Shown here: in pieces, positions 44,020-53,911 of the stretch
Numbering within the stretch: position 1 is the stretch's first letter
Layout of the letters: every line of letters starts with the position of its first letter
Source of the DNA: a virus
Lineage: Duplodnaviria > Caudoviricetes
IMG/VR virus record: IMGVR_UViG_3300027869_000008
Location: 1-54,373 of that record
Length of the DNA stretch: 54,373 nucleotides
Strand: one strand, 5' to 3'
Program-made: the position numbers and the translations under genes
The notes under the pieces: model-generated
Seen by the model: the letters and a program-made list of their open reading frames with translations, nothing else
Database searches by the model: none
Told to the model about the DNA's origin: nothing

Positions 44020-44826
44020 TTACTGAAAGAGGACCGAGCAACCACTTGGAGTGGCCGAATTAGAACCCGCCGAGTTCACAATCTGAAAATCAACCAAGTC
44101 TCCTGCATTTGTAGAAACTGAATGTGATGTATCTCCGTACAGCCCTGCTCCTGAGCCGGCTGAAATTGTAAACGTCAGCGCCGTACTAGATGCCGAACAA
44201 GTGAGTGGGGAACCTGACGGGGTGCAACTTCGCAAGGTCACGGTTAAAGTACTACTTGCCCCCTGTGCGGTTGCAGTGTTGCAATACAAATTAGACCATG
44301 TACCCGCACGGCCCATCGGAAATTGGCGGTTGGCCTCAGTCCCAGACCAAGCGGAAATACTACTCGCTGAGCTTGCCGTGCCGAGAATTGAGCCTGCATA
44401 CACGGTCGCACCAGAGCCGAGGAAAGTAGCGTTCACGAATATCTCAAAAACTTGTCCTCCCCCCGTTGGCCCCGTCGCTCCCGTGGAGCCGGTCGCGCCA
44501 TTTGCCCCATTCGTACCGTTAGTCCCGTTGGTCCCATTTGCTCCCGTTGCTCCTGTTGCGCCATTGGAACCATTGGTTCCATTCGTACCATTAGTTCCAT
44601 TAGCTCCTGTTGGTCCGGTAGCGCCGGTGGCCCCCGTCGCTCCCCCTCCCCCACTCAAACACCCCACATTCCCAAATGAATCAATACTCCCTACTGCATT
44701 CGGTGTACAATTCCCCCCAGAGATCTGAGGCATGGGGGAGAAGGCTGTGAGGAGGATGATGGCTACTAGAATCAAAGCCATGACCACCCAGCCAAATTCC
44801 CACCGATATTTCTTAAGAGTACCCAT
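44020..44826 (-). CDS. Collagen-like fibre protein with N-terminal signal/TM segment
   Basis: 20 G-X-Y triplets (GAT/GTN/GAN/GPT); beta-rich C-terminal head; KKYRW followed by a hydrophobic stretch. Confidence 0.85.
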   Translation of the reverse strand: MGTLKKYRWEFGWVVMALILVAIILLTAFSPMPQISGGNCTPNAVGSIDSFGNVGCLSGGGGATGATGATGPTGANGTNGTNGTNGSNGATGATGANGTNGTNGTNGANGATGSTGATGPTGGGQVFEIFVNATFLGSGATVYAGSILGTASSASSISAWSGTEANRQFPMGRAGTWSNLYCNTATAQGASSTLTVTLRSCTPSGSPLTCSASSTALTFTISAGSGAGLYGDTSHSVSTNAGDLVDFQIVNSAGSNSATPSGCSVLFQ

Positions 44827-46793
44827 TAGATCGTTGTGTATTGCAATAGCACGATCCTAAGATCGTAGCTAACTGTCCCTACGACGGTCGTGGTGAATGT
44901 GATTGATGTTCCTGCGAGGGCATTGAAGGCTGGAGAGAGGAAACCTTGGCTTCCTGAACCTAAGGTCCCACAAGTCAAAGCTGAGCCGAGACTGGAACTC
45001 TGGGCAGTGTTACTAGTATCGGTCCAATTAATCGTCATTGTCACCGTGCCCGTCCCTGAGATGCAATCCATCGGGGCGATCACTTGGTAGGAAGCATTAG
45101 TGGGGACACTAGCGAGTAAGTTCGTGCTAGATATCGAAGATGTTTGGGCTGTGGATACTGAAGTACTGACGATGATTGGAACTCCAGCAGCTACTTGGGT
45201 TGTAGAATTGGGGAGAGCGGCGGTCAGGAGGTTCTTAAGGTAATACTTGTTCGCGACGATGGACTCCCCGAGAGCATTAGGGTGAATACCATCCGGGTTG
45301 AAGTACAGAGCGTTCGTGTTCGCCCCGGTGATTCCAATATCAGGATCGGCTCCTTGGTTTGAGATGATGTCACCGTAGATCAAACTGGGATTAGCTAGCA
45401 GAAGGGCGTTCGCTGCTTTTCGCACGGTATCATTACAACCTGTGCAGGGGAGGATTGTGGCTGTGATGACCTTCAGGGTGACACTTGCGGTGGTTGCTGC
45501 GGAGCGTTGAGCCGCAACGTATGTAGCAATGCGGCTAGCGATGGTGGCTGCATTGACACTGTTGAGTAGATCATTTGTACCACATTGTACCGTTAGGACA
45601 TTCACCCCATAACTTGTGCTGTAGAATCCACTTGGATCATCAAGGCCGTTGCACTGTAATCCTCCGTGACCAAAGTTCATAATCTTATAAGTTGGGTTGA
45701 TCTGCTTAGCTTGGGTTACCCATCCACGACTACTAGATACCAATCCGGGGGGCTGGAGAGTTAGAGAATCACCCACTGCTGCCACAAAAACGGAGCCATT
45801 GTTATTGAACGCCGTCCCGTAGTGACGTTGGCGGTATTGCTTAAGGAGAGTAATCTCCGTTTGAGTCAAGGCTCGGTTGTAGATCAGGACTTCATAGATA
45901 TTAGCATTCAAGGCGAAAGGGTCAGAGAATCCGTCGAAGTATGGGGAGTACCCCATATATCCACCAATTACGGTAGCTGATGTCACCCCAGGCGTTCCGA
46001 CTTGAACGCCAACATCTTCAGTCCATACTTTGGCTGACGAGCCTGATACGGTAATTCCCGTTAGCAAGGGCTCGACGGTGCTTGGGGCTTGAGATGCGGA
46101 GCTCAGGTTAGATCCGCTGGAATGAATATTCAGGTCACCAAAGAAGTTATAGTTCGTTAGTACTGTCAGCGTATTGCTCGCACCAAGTTGTACGATAGTC
46201 CCCGTAGGGTCTTGGGATAGATTCTCTCCGATGACGAAAATTGATACAGAATTCGTGTTCACAGACATCCCAGAGGGTAGGTTCAAGCTAGCCTTGGTCG
46301 CCGTACCAGTGCACAACCCTGCTGGAGTCGATGCACTATTCCCTGTAAATAACACCGCCGGGAGTCCCGAGATGGTTGCGAGGTTATAGACTGGCCCCCC
46401 ATTATTTGCGGACACAATTGGTAGCGCGTTTCCGGACGAATCTAACCAGGTCGTGACGCCAGCACAAGAGGATAGAGCTAAGGCGGAGCTACGATAATAT
46501 GGGATTAGTCCACTTACAACTGGGGCCATTTCGGTCCACAAGCCATTCTCCAAAAGGCCCACAGGGTTGCCTGAACTATACCCACCTTTCCCTGCGACAG
46601 CATTAGCTGTCTTGCAAGGAGCAGTGTAGACATTACAGGCATTTGAATCATTCCCGTTAACAGGATCAACAAACCAAGTGAATTGGGGATTCGTCTGATT
46701 AGCCGCTCCCCCTGAGCCTGTACCGGGATTATTGATCTGCGCGGAGCACAGGGAGGCTAGGAGGATTATGGATACTAATAGAACTCGTTTCAT
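44826..46793 (-). CDS. Signal-peptide-bearing LamG/ConA-like + SGNH hydrolase protein (tail-fibre/spike-like)
   Basis: MKRVLLVSIILLASLCSA|Q; FVDPVNGND; WLDSSGN..EVLIYNRALT; GDSLT, GHGG, GTND, DGIHP. Confidence 0.85.
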   Translation of the reverse strand: MKRVLLVSIILLASLCSAQINNPGTGSGGAANQTNPQFTWFVDPVNGNDSNACNVYTAPCKTANAVAGKGGYSSGNPVGLLENGLWTEMAPVVSGLIPYYRSSALALSSCAGVTTWLDSSGNALPIVSANNGGPVYNLATISGLPAVLFTGNSASTPAGLCTGTATKASLNLPSGMSVNTNSVSIFVIGENLSQDPTGTIVQLGASNTLTVLTNYNFFGDLNIHSSGSNLSSASQAPSTVEPLLTGITVSGSSAKVWTEDVGVQVGTPGVTSATVIGGYMGYSPYFDGFSDPFALNANIYEVLIYNRALTQTEITLLKQYRQRHYGTAFNNNGSVFVAAVGDSLTLQPPGLVSSSRGWVTQAKQINPTYKIMNFGHGGLQCNGLDDPSGFYSTSYGVNVLTVQCGTNDLLNSVNAATIASRIATYVAAQRSAATTASVTLKVITATILPCTGCNDTVRKAANALLLANPSLIYGDIISNQGADPDIGITGANTNALYFNPDGIHPNALGESIVANKYYLKNLLTAALPNSTTQVAAGVPIIVSTSVSTAQTSSISSTNLLASVPTNASYQVIAPMDCISGTGTVTMTINWTDTSNTAQSSSLGSALTCGTLGSGSQGFLSPAFNALAGTSITFTTTVVGTVSYDLRIVLLQYTTI

Positions 46794-47612
46794 CTAGAAC
46801 TCCTTCCCGGTATATTTATGGCCCGTCGTGGTGGCGACTACGTTGATTTGTTCTGTGGTGATTGCTCCAGCGCACATGAAGTATGTCCCACCGGGGGTGA
46901 GTTCGATGGAGGTGCCAGCGGAGGTGCTAGCTGAGGAAGTGAAGTTGATGAATAGGCTCTCGGCGGCTCCGATTCCTTGGGTCGTGGCGGAGGCTGGGTT
47001 CTCAATAACGATACACTTACGAGATGTGTTGGAGGATGCGAGGGTCTGCGAGGTACCTCCGGTTGAGATGGAGCCGGAGCGGTCAGTGAAGGTTCCAGTG
47101 ACGGGGGAGGTGGTGACGGAGATTGTCCCCCCTCCGCTACCTTGGACGGTTACGACTCCTGCTCCGACGCCGTTTGTACTAGTGAAAGCTACGACGATGG
47201 GGCCGCTAGAGAAGGCGGAGGCTCGGGCTCGGATGGCAATGAGGCCACCAGTGAATAATTGCCACGTGTTGGCGGTTGTGGCGGAGCTTACGGCAGTTCC
47301 CCCTCCAATGGGGGTGCCAGTGATGGAGGCCCAGATACAAGCATTTGTTCCCCCATTGGCTACGGAAGGGTCGCAGCTTGTGGGGCCTGAAGTCTGCTCG
47401 AATTGAACTGTTCCACTAAAGGTTCCGCTGAGTTGAATATTGGTGATGCCGGGGCCGGGGGAGGTTGGGACGCTGGGGAAGGTATAGAGGACACAGCTCC
47501 CTGCGGTGGAACAGTCAGTGCTGGAGGCAGTGAGGCTCCCTCCCTTTTGCTGTTGAGCTTTGAGGATGAGTGTGAATAGAAGTAGACTGAGAATTAGGAC
47601 TGACCTACGCAT
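46794..47612 (-). CDS. Signal-peptide-bearing two-domain beta protein
   Basis: MRRSVLILSLLLFTLILKA|Q; GTFSGTVQFE and N.SRK...I.N...L.PG beta-sandwich patterns. Confidence 0.75.
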   Translation of the reverse strand: MRRSVLILSLLLFTLILKAQQQKGGSLTASSTDCSTAGSCVLYTFPSVPTSPGPGITNIQLSGTFSGTVQFEQTSGPTSCDPSVANGGTNACIWASITGTPIGGGTAVSSATTANTWQLFTGGLIAIRARASAFSSGPIVVAFTSTNGVGAGVVTVQGSGGGTISVTTSPVTGTFTDRSGSISTGGTSQTLASSNTSRKCIVIENPASATTQGIGAAESLFINFTSSASTSAGTSIELTPGGTYFMCAGAITTEQINVVATTTGHKYTGKEF

Positions 47613-47614
47613 AT

Positions 47615-47761
47615 CTACCTCCGGGAACCTCTCTTCGATTTACGCTTCTTGATGCGCTTACTGCGACGGCCACTACCTACGGGATGGGGACCCTTTTGCC
47701 CACCTCTACGGAGACCGGCTAGATTCTCTGTGTCGTAACTCTCGTGAAGACACTCTTTCAT
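47615..47761 (-). CDS. 48-aa peptide with Arg/Lys-rich tail (...GRRSKRIKKRKSKRGSRR)
   Basis: Hand translation; RBS GAGGAGG; ends 2 nt before the next start. Confidence 0.75.
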   Translation of the reverse strand: MKECLHESYDTENLAGLRRGGQKGPHPVGSGRRSKRIKKRKSKRGSRR

Positions 47762-47784
47762 GTAGGGACCTCCTCGCCCCCAGA

Positions 47785-47832
47785 GAGTAGCATTTTCTTG
47801 AAGATGGCGTTGGGTGGGGTGGATTTCATACG
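47785..47832 (-). promoter_or_regulatory. Putative promoter: CGTATGAAATCCA motif + extended -10 TGcTACTCT
   Basis: Same 13-mer and spacing to the -10 (30 vs 31 nt) as at 10050-10099. Confidence 0.5.
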
Positions 47833-47834
47833 AT

Positions 47835-50800
47835 TTATGGGGTCGCCAATGCCTTCAGTTTACGGCGTTGGAAACTATTCGCATCCCGGAGGGCTAGGGA
47901 GCTAATGAGTTTCCAGTTGAGGTGATTCGCTCCAGCCGCTCCTGCGAGGGTTTTGATACGTTCGGTGGCGGAGGAGATTCCTTTATTATCCTTAGAATCA
48001 GTAGATTTTCGGAGATCCTGGATAGCTTGAGAGAGTTGTTGAACTGCTGCTTCCTGGGTGAGGCCGTGGGAGGTGGGGATACCGTAGTAGCTATTTGAGG
48101 CTCCCGGTTTAGATACTTTACCGGGGTATGCTTTCGAGAGTTTCTCCTGGATCGAACGGGTCATGGGAATAGGAACGAAGGCATCTAAAGCAACTTCTCC
48201 CCATTGTTTCTTACCGAGGCCAGCTTGAATGGTGTCGTAGGTGAGACGGGGGAGGCCACCGGCTTTACCGAGGGCGAGTTCAGTCTTTTGCTTCAGCGTG
48301 CCCCCGGCTTCGATGAAGAACTCTTGCATACCACGAGGGTACGGCATGAAAATTTGTTGAGTCGGATTCCCCTTGTCGTCATAAGCATATCCCATCGAGA
48401 CATCGAAAGAGTGATCGGTGAGGCCACTGGGGTATTCCTGACCGGGGATGCCTGTATGGAGGGGAGCTCCGGGATTCGAGAAGGTGAGGTGACCTCCTTT
48501 ATTACCATCCTTATCTGGCATGTTGTAGTGCTTAGTGATGGCGTAGTTAAGAAGCTGAGATCCAATGTACCAAGCAACTGCGTGGCCAAGGAAATAACTA
48601 GCAGCGAGTTCAGGTCTACCCTTTCCACCGAGAGCTTGTGTGGCGATCTTGAGGTTGCTGAAGCCCCAAGCGGGGGCGAGCATCAAGAGATTGAGGCCAT
48701 TCTGGAAGTCTCTCGATAGTAGAAGACGCTTGAAGCTGATGGCTCCGAAGGCATTATTGACGGTCTCATTCGTGGCCCGCTTGAACGAAGCGAGTTCCTC
48801 AGGGGTCATGTTGGGATTATTCAACTGCTTCCCGGCGATGATATTCTGATACGCCGTGTTCATCATCCCCGTCATGTAGTGCTCGAAGATGGCGTGGTTC
48901 CATCCGGCTAGAGCCCGTGGAAACCTCCCCCACTTCTCCATAAGGAATACAATATCCTCGCTGGCGTCGTGGGCACTTGGATTCCCACCGTGCTTCAAGC
49001 GATCCTCGTAGATCTCTCGATCCTGGAAGGCGGGACGGGTGCGGGGGTCTGCTCTACGACCTCCAATCTCCCCTACTGCCTCCATAGTTCCTCGCCACAT
49101 ATGAGGATTCAGGAAGAAGATACTCTGGAGAGAATCATAGAGGGCCTTCCCAGAGAGCTTCATATTCTCCCCAGCTAACCCTGGATTCCCTTTCGCCATC
49201 TCCCATCCTGCTTGAGCCCCCCTGCGGACAGACTCCCCTGAATTCAGCCACATCCCTTGCCATGAGAGGGCAGTGGGATGGAATAGGGAGAAGGTGAGCT
49301 TCATATACTTCATCCAAGCACGGATGGGGTCGAAGATAGAATATAATCCCTCGCCAGTCCCAAAGTATGAAGGCTTCTCAGATGGGAGCATTGTGTACAC
49401 AGCGGGGTAAGCCATCGGGTGGACAGCAACCCTTAACCATTCTGTCTTAGATTCCTTAGTATTTGGCTTACCATGAACTTCTTGTGCAACAACCTCATGG
49501 GTAGATTTCTCAGTCCCGTAAATGGCAGTGGCTAATAGGTAATGTCGCCACAACTTCCAATTATCAGGGGTTTCTCCATTTAAGGGCTTAATTACTCCAA
49601 GCTCCTTTAGCATCGCTACGACTTCTGCACGAGCGTTATCCAGAACGGCGAACTTAGACCATTTCTCTGTGAGTTCACTGATGCTCTTAAACTTAGGCTT
49701 CAGGCCAAGCCAATCCCCACGGGTGGGATCGTCAGCTAGGAGCTTTAGTACTTTAGCTCTCTCTGGAGTCCCCTTCGCGGGGAGTTCCCAGAGTTCATCA
49801 AGGACACCCCCAGCGTACTCAGGGTGGAGTCTACCTCCCCCCGCTTTACGTAGGAGGGTCGTGGCCCACTTCATCATGTTCCGAGCAGACTCTAGCTGGG
49901 GGAGATTGCTCTCTCGGAGACCCTTTACTGTACGAAGATTCTCTGGGACATCCTGGAGATTAAGTACAGTAGAGTCAATCTGATGGCCACGTACATTTGA
50001 ATTATCCATCACCGTCCCTACAGCATCACGAGACTTCCGGAAGGTCTCATTCGCTGCACGATCAGTGAGGGCATTCGAGGCTACTTGAGTCCACCAAGAC
50101 CACTGGATGGGCTTTGGGGCTTCAATTCTAAGGAAGCCACCTGACTTTTGCATCATTATGAGTCTCTTACGGATAGCCGTGGCTTCATCACGGAGAGAGC
50201 TCTTCACTTCTTCTGATAGGAGGGGGTCAGCGAGAGCTTTATTAATACGGTTTAACCGTTTAGTATTCTCCTCAATAGTATTCATTAAGCGAGTGTTGCG
50301 GGAGGTGGCGGCAGCTCCAGTGAGTCTGCGCTCTGGGTGTGGCTTACCGATAGTCTCAATACGTTTCCGCGTAGCTTCAACTCGTTGTGCTAGCTTATCG
50401 TCAGGAGTCTCCATGACCTCCCTGGTACGGTTGGGTTGAGAAAGGTCAGGAGCTCCAGGGGGAAGCTGCTGGGACTTCGTAGATTTATCTCCTGTAACTC
50501 TCGCGGATTCTACAGCTTCATGGGGTAAGTCCCATATAGGTATTCGTTGTTCATTGGGGGATGGTTTGGGGGTGTCCCAAGGACTCGCAGTCTTCGCGGC
50601 TTCATTCTTCAAGCGAGACTCTCGATTCCGCAGGTTCACCTCCCCCGCTAGGTCAATTATTCCTCCTACGCCGAATCCAACGTCTGAGGCGAGTCCTGAA
50701 GCAGCCTTCGCTTTATCGTAGGGGGACTTAGCTTCACTGAGATTAATACCACTCTTGATAGCATCTACGATTTGCTTCGTGGTGAATCCAAGCTTAGACC

Positions 50801-51284
50801 ACCACCTAATCTGGGCAGCATACTTAGGGAATGCCTTAAGGAGTCCAGCGATCCCCGCCTCAGCCCCGAACATGAGGGCGATGTTACCAGGGCTGAACAT
50901 TCCGGAGCCTACTCTACCTGCTCCGGCAGCGATGCCACTTACGATGGGGTGACGTTCCTTTACATCTTCAGGAATCGTAGCCTCAACGTTAATCGGTCCC
51001 TCCCAAAGGGAGTCCCAGAGGTTACCTAGTTTATTCTCAGGTTGATAAATAGTGGCACTGAGCTTACCGATTCCTCCTGTGGTGAGCATATCGGCCCACC
51101 TCGAAGGCTCCTCTGCTCTAGGGAGGGTCTGGGGCTTCCAACCTTCTGCTCCTCGTACAGCAGTGACGAGGGCAGATAGCTTCGCCTTTTTATCAGGGGG
51201 AGTCGAGGGGGACATCAACAAGGGAGTGGCTTGTTTGATAATCTCTCGACGGACTTCTGGGGAGACTTTGGAGAGGTCGGGCAT
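47835..51284 (-). CDS. Large internal virion / ejection protein
   Basis: 1149 aa, helical, several hydrophobic segments; last and largest gene of the ejection block. Confidence 0.65.
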   Translation of the reverse strand: MPDLSKVSPEVRREIIKQATPLLMSPSTPPDKKAKLSALVTAVRGAEGWKPQTLPRAEEPSRWADMLTTGGIGKLSATIYQPENKLGNLWDSLWEGPINVEATIPEDVKERHPIVSGIAAGAGRVGSGMFSPGNIALMFGAEAGIAGLLKAFPKYAAQIRWWSKLGFTTKQIVDAIKSGINLSEAKSPYDKAKAASGLASDVGFGVGGIIDLAGEVNLRNRESRLKNEAAKTASPWDTPKPSPNEQRIPIWDLPHEAVESARVTGDKSTKSQQLPPGAPDLSQPNRTREVMETPDDKLAQRVEATRKRIETIGKPHPERRLTGAAATSRNTRLMNTIEENTKRLNRINKALADPLLSEEVKSSLRDEATAIRKRLIMMQKSGGFLRIEAPKPIQWSWWTQVASNALTDRAANETFRKSRDAVGTVMDNSNVRGHQIDSTVLNLQDVPENLRTVKGLRESNLPQLESARNMMKWATTLLRKAGGGRLHPEYAGGVLDELWELPAKGTPERAKVLKLLADDPTRGDWLGLKPKFKSISELTEKWSKFAVLDNARAEVVAMLKELGVIKPLNGETPDNWKLWRHYLLATAIYGTEKSTHEVVAQEVHGKPNTKESKTEWLRVAVHPMAYPAVYTMLPSEKPSYFGTGEGLYSIFDPIRAWMKYMKLTFSLFHPTALSWQGMWLNSGESVRRGAQAGWEMAKGNPGLAGENMKLSGKALYDSLQSIFFLNPHMWRGTMEAVGEIGGRRADPRTRPAFQDREIYEDRLKHGGNPSAHDASEDIVFLMEKWGRFPRALAGWNHAIFEHYMTGMMNTAYQNIIAGKQLNNPNMTPEELASFKRATNETVNNAFGAISFKRLLLSRDFQNGLNLLMLAPAWGFSNLKIATQALGGKGRPELAASYFLGHAVAWYIGSQLLNYAITKHYNMPDKDGNKGGHLTFSNPGAPLHTGIPGQEYPSGLTDHSFDVSMGYAYDDKGNPTQQIFMPYPRGMQEFFIEAGGTLKQKTELALGKAGGLPRLTYDTIQAGLGKKQWGEVALDAFVPIPMTRSIQEKLSKAYPGKVSKPGASNSYYGIPTSHGLTQEAAVQQLSQAIQDLRKSTDSKDNKGISSATERIKTLAGAAGANHLNWKLISSLALRDANSFQRRKLKALATP

Positions 51285-51289
51285 TTGCT

Positions 51290-52390
51290 TTAGTGACCTC
51301 CGAGGGCTTGTTTGATAATGTCAGCGGCTTGACTGGCGGAATCGCTTCCTCCAGGGGAGGCTCCACTCTTTCCAGGGCCAGGGCCTCCTGAGGCTTGACT
51401 GGCGATGACGATGAGCTTTTGGTAGTCTACGCCAAGTAGAGCTTGGACTCCCTGCTCGATCTCAGAAGGGGAGGGTTTGTAGTTAGGATTCGTGAGTTGG
51501 TTCTGCTTCATTAATTGAGCAGTAACGTACTCACGAGTTCTCAGGAGAGTATTCATGGCCTGATACGGATTCACAGGCTTGTTCTGAGCGAGATCCATTC
51601 TTTGTTGGGCGAGTTGCATATAGAGTTGCTTCGCCTGGATATTCCCCTGGGTAGCTCGGATCTGGAGTTGCTTCTGGGCGAGTTGAGCCCTTTGAAGCTC
51701 CCCTTGTTGCTTCAGGTAGCCTGAGAGAGGGTCTGGAGCTCCAGGGTTCGCCGCTCCGAATGCTTGGATTGCTTGGTCGGTCTTAGCCTCAGCGGTGCGC
51801 TGGCCGGGAGTCTCAGTCGCCGGGGAGACTTCGATGCTACCATTTCGATAACGGTAGACGTTATAGTAAGAGTTTGGATTGATCGTAGTGGGGTCGATGG
51901 GCTTACCCAAGAGATCCTTTACCATTGGATTCATGGAAGTGGAGTTGAAGCTACTTCCAGGTCTGCCGGTGTCAGCAGGGTCGAGTTGGGTGTTTGGAGT
52001 CAGAGAGATCCCATTGGGATTCGATTGACCTCCCCCGCTACCAATGATCCCGAGGAGCTCTGATCCCTTGTAGGTCCCGCCTGCACTAGAAATAGGACTC
52101 GCCTCCATCTCCTCCATACGATACTTATGCTGACGCTCCTCAGCGTCGATCTCTTCTTGGATGCGCTTGGGGTCAGTGGAGTATTGCCACTTTTGCTGGT
52201 CAAGCTGATTCCGGAGACGATCCATTTGAAGCTGTTGTTGCTGCTCCCATTCCTGCCAACGGAGACGCTCCATGTCCGCTTGGAATTGTTTCTGGCGGAG
52301 TTGGAGATCCTGTTGGGCTTTGAAGGCATCCCCGTAGCCCTGACCGAGAGATCCGATTCCGAGTAGTGTACCTGCGGCTGCGAAGCTCAT
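51290..52390 (-). CDS. Gln-rich coiled-coil internal virion / ejection protein
   Basis: Gly-rich hydrophobic N-terminus, Q-rich helices. Confidence 0.65.
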   Translation of the reverse strand: MSFAAAGTLLGIGSLGQGYGDAFKAQQDLQLRQKQFQADMERLRWQEWEQQQQLQMDRLRNQLDQQKWQYSTDPKRIQEEIDAEERQHKYRMEEMEASPISSAGGTYKGSELLGIIGSGGGQSNPNGISLTPNTQLDPADTGRPGSSFNSTSMNPMVKDLLGKPIDPTTINPNSYYNVYRYRNGSIEVSPATETPGQRTAEAKTDQAIQAFGAANPGAPDPLSGYLKQQGELQRAQLAQKQLQIRATQGNIQAKQLYMQLAQQRMDLAQNKPVNPYQAMNTLLRTREYVTAQLMKQNQLTNPNYKPSPSEIEQGVQALLGVDYQKLIVIASQASGGPGPGKSGASPGGSDSASQAADIIKQALGGH

Positions 52391-52399
52391 ACTTTACTC

Positions 52400-53902
52400 C
52401 TAGAAGTATCCGTTGTAATCGTAAGCGCCGATGCCATCCCCACCAGTGTCTCCAGAGGGGCCACTTGGGTAGCCGGGAGTGGTTCCGAAGATGGGGTTAG
52501 CGGGGTTGTAGGTAGATCCCAATCCTTGGCCGGGAGCGAAGCCATCATAGCTATAATTGGGATTGTATCCACCGAGGTAACCAGTGGGATTCCCTGGACC
52601 CCCTCCAGCTCCATAGGCTCCTCCCCCATATTCACCTGGATTTAATGGAACCCAATTACCATTTTGGTCGTAATAACCTGATGGATAATTAATTCCTGAG
52701 CCTACATTTTCTGTAGGATTATAACCTACTCCAGGATTATTTGGGCTATAGGGTGGCAAAGGGAGTTGATTGCTAAATCCCGGATAGTTAGGGTTATATG
52801 GAGGATTAGGTGGGTTAGGTGGGTTAGGAGGATAAGGAGGGTTGGGACTTCCTCCAGGACTTCCGTATCCTGATCCTCCCACGCCCGTTCCACCAACTGC
52901 GCTAGGATTCGTATTCACGTCGATCACCGGTGCGAACTGAATAGCACCACCCTGAGATCCTCCTGTGCCAGTGCCACTTCCCTGCATGAGAGCTTGGATG
53001 AGGCCGGAGAGGTCTGTGTTAGCCATTGGTTGGACAGAAGGGGGGAGGGCTGGGTTACCCAGGGGGGATTGAATATTCGGGATCGGTACTTGATTGGGGA
53101 GACCGAGCTCGTTGAAGTAGTTTTGACTGGCGAGTTGTTGTTCCTGCTGAACATAAGGAGCGAGATCTTGAGCCATCAGGGTGCTGAAGGTAGCGGGGCT
53201 ACCAGAGAGACCACGAGCTCCTACTTGACCTTGGACGATGTTACTGACTTGATTTACGAGGTCCGAGGAGAGGGGCTGCTCCATTGATTCGATGCTACTG
53301 GTTACACCTGTGGGGGTTAGATTCGCGTAGGTGTTTGCGAGATTGGAGTAGAAGGGGATACGGGAATCTGTAGCTGAGAATTGAGAAGCATAGTCCGTGC
53401 CGACACCTGTAGCGGTGTTTAATTGGGTCTGGAAGGGCTGAGCGTAGTTGCTGAACATTCCAGATAGAACATCCTCGTAGGAGCCGTAGGCTTGTTGGTT
53501 GGCGATGTTTCCAGCGAGACCTGTTCCTAGGAGGCCATAGAGGAGGGCTTGATTCACTGCACTTGTAGCGGAACCGAAGAGTCCTCCGCTTCCGTTTCCT
53601 GAGGCATTCGTGGCTCCTCCCATCGTGGGGTCGTTGACGATGGTTCCACTGCCTCCACCTGGGGAAGGGGGGTAGCCAGGGTAACCGGGGATGGTCGTTG
53701 GGTATCCGGTGGGGCCCGTTCCATAGGGGCCGGAGGGGTAACCGTAGGTTCCGTAGTAGGGGATAGACTGATCGACACTTCCTCCCTGGTAGACTCCGGT
53801 GGGGCTACTCGGGTCGTAGAGTACAGGAGTCCCGTTGGGGTAGTTCTGGGTGGGAGCTCCAGGAGGGGGGACGGTCATCGGGGTGTGATAATTGAGATTC
53901 AT
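52400..53902 (-). CDS. P/G/Y/N-rich low-complexity internal virion / ejection protein
   Basis: 500 aa; helical core with RGLSGS motif flanked by low-complexity arms (PNPPYPPNPPNPPNPPY). Confidence 0.7.
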   Translation of the reverse strand: MNLNYHTPMTVPPPGAPTQNYPNGTPVLYDPSSPTGVYQGGSVDQSIPYYGTYGYPSGPYGTGPTGYPTTIPGYPGYPPSPGGGSGTIVNDPTMGGATNASGNGSGGLFGSATSAVNQALLYGLLGTGLAGNIANQQAYGSYEDVLSGMFSNYAQPFQTQLNTATGVGTDYASQFSATDSRIPFYSNLANTYANLTPTGVTSSIESMEQPLSSDLVNQVSNIVQGQVGARGLSGSPATFSTLMAQDLAPYVQQEQQLASQNYFNELGLPNQVPIPNIQSPLGNPALPPSVQPMANTDLSGLIQALMQGSGTGTGGSQGGAIQFAPVIDVNTNPSAVGGTGVGGSGYGSPGGSPNPPYPPNPPNPPNPPYNPNYPGFSNQLPLPPYSPNNPGVGYNPTENVGSGINYPSGYYDQNGNWVPLNPGEYGGGAYGAGGGPGNPTGYLGGYNPNYSYDGFAPGQGLGSTYNPANPIFGTTPGYPSGPSGDTGGDGIGAYDYNGYF

Positions 53903-53911
53903 TTGAATTAT

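Noticed and set aside
46740-46793. Lipoprotein signal in the SGNH protein
   Set aside because: ASL-C does not fit the lipobox; SPase I cleavage at CSA|Q is more plausible.
44020-47612. Diversity-generating retroelement or invertible fibre cassette
   Set aside because: No reverse transcriptase, template/variable repeat pair or invertase seen.
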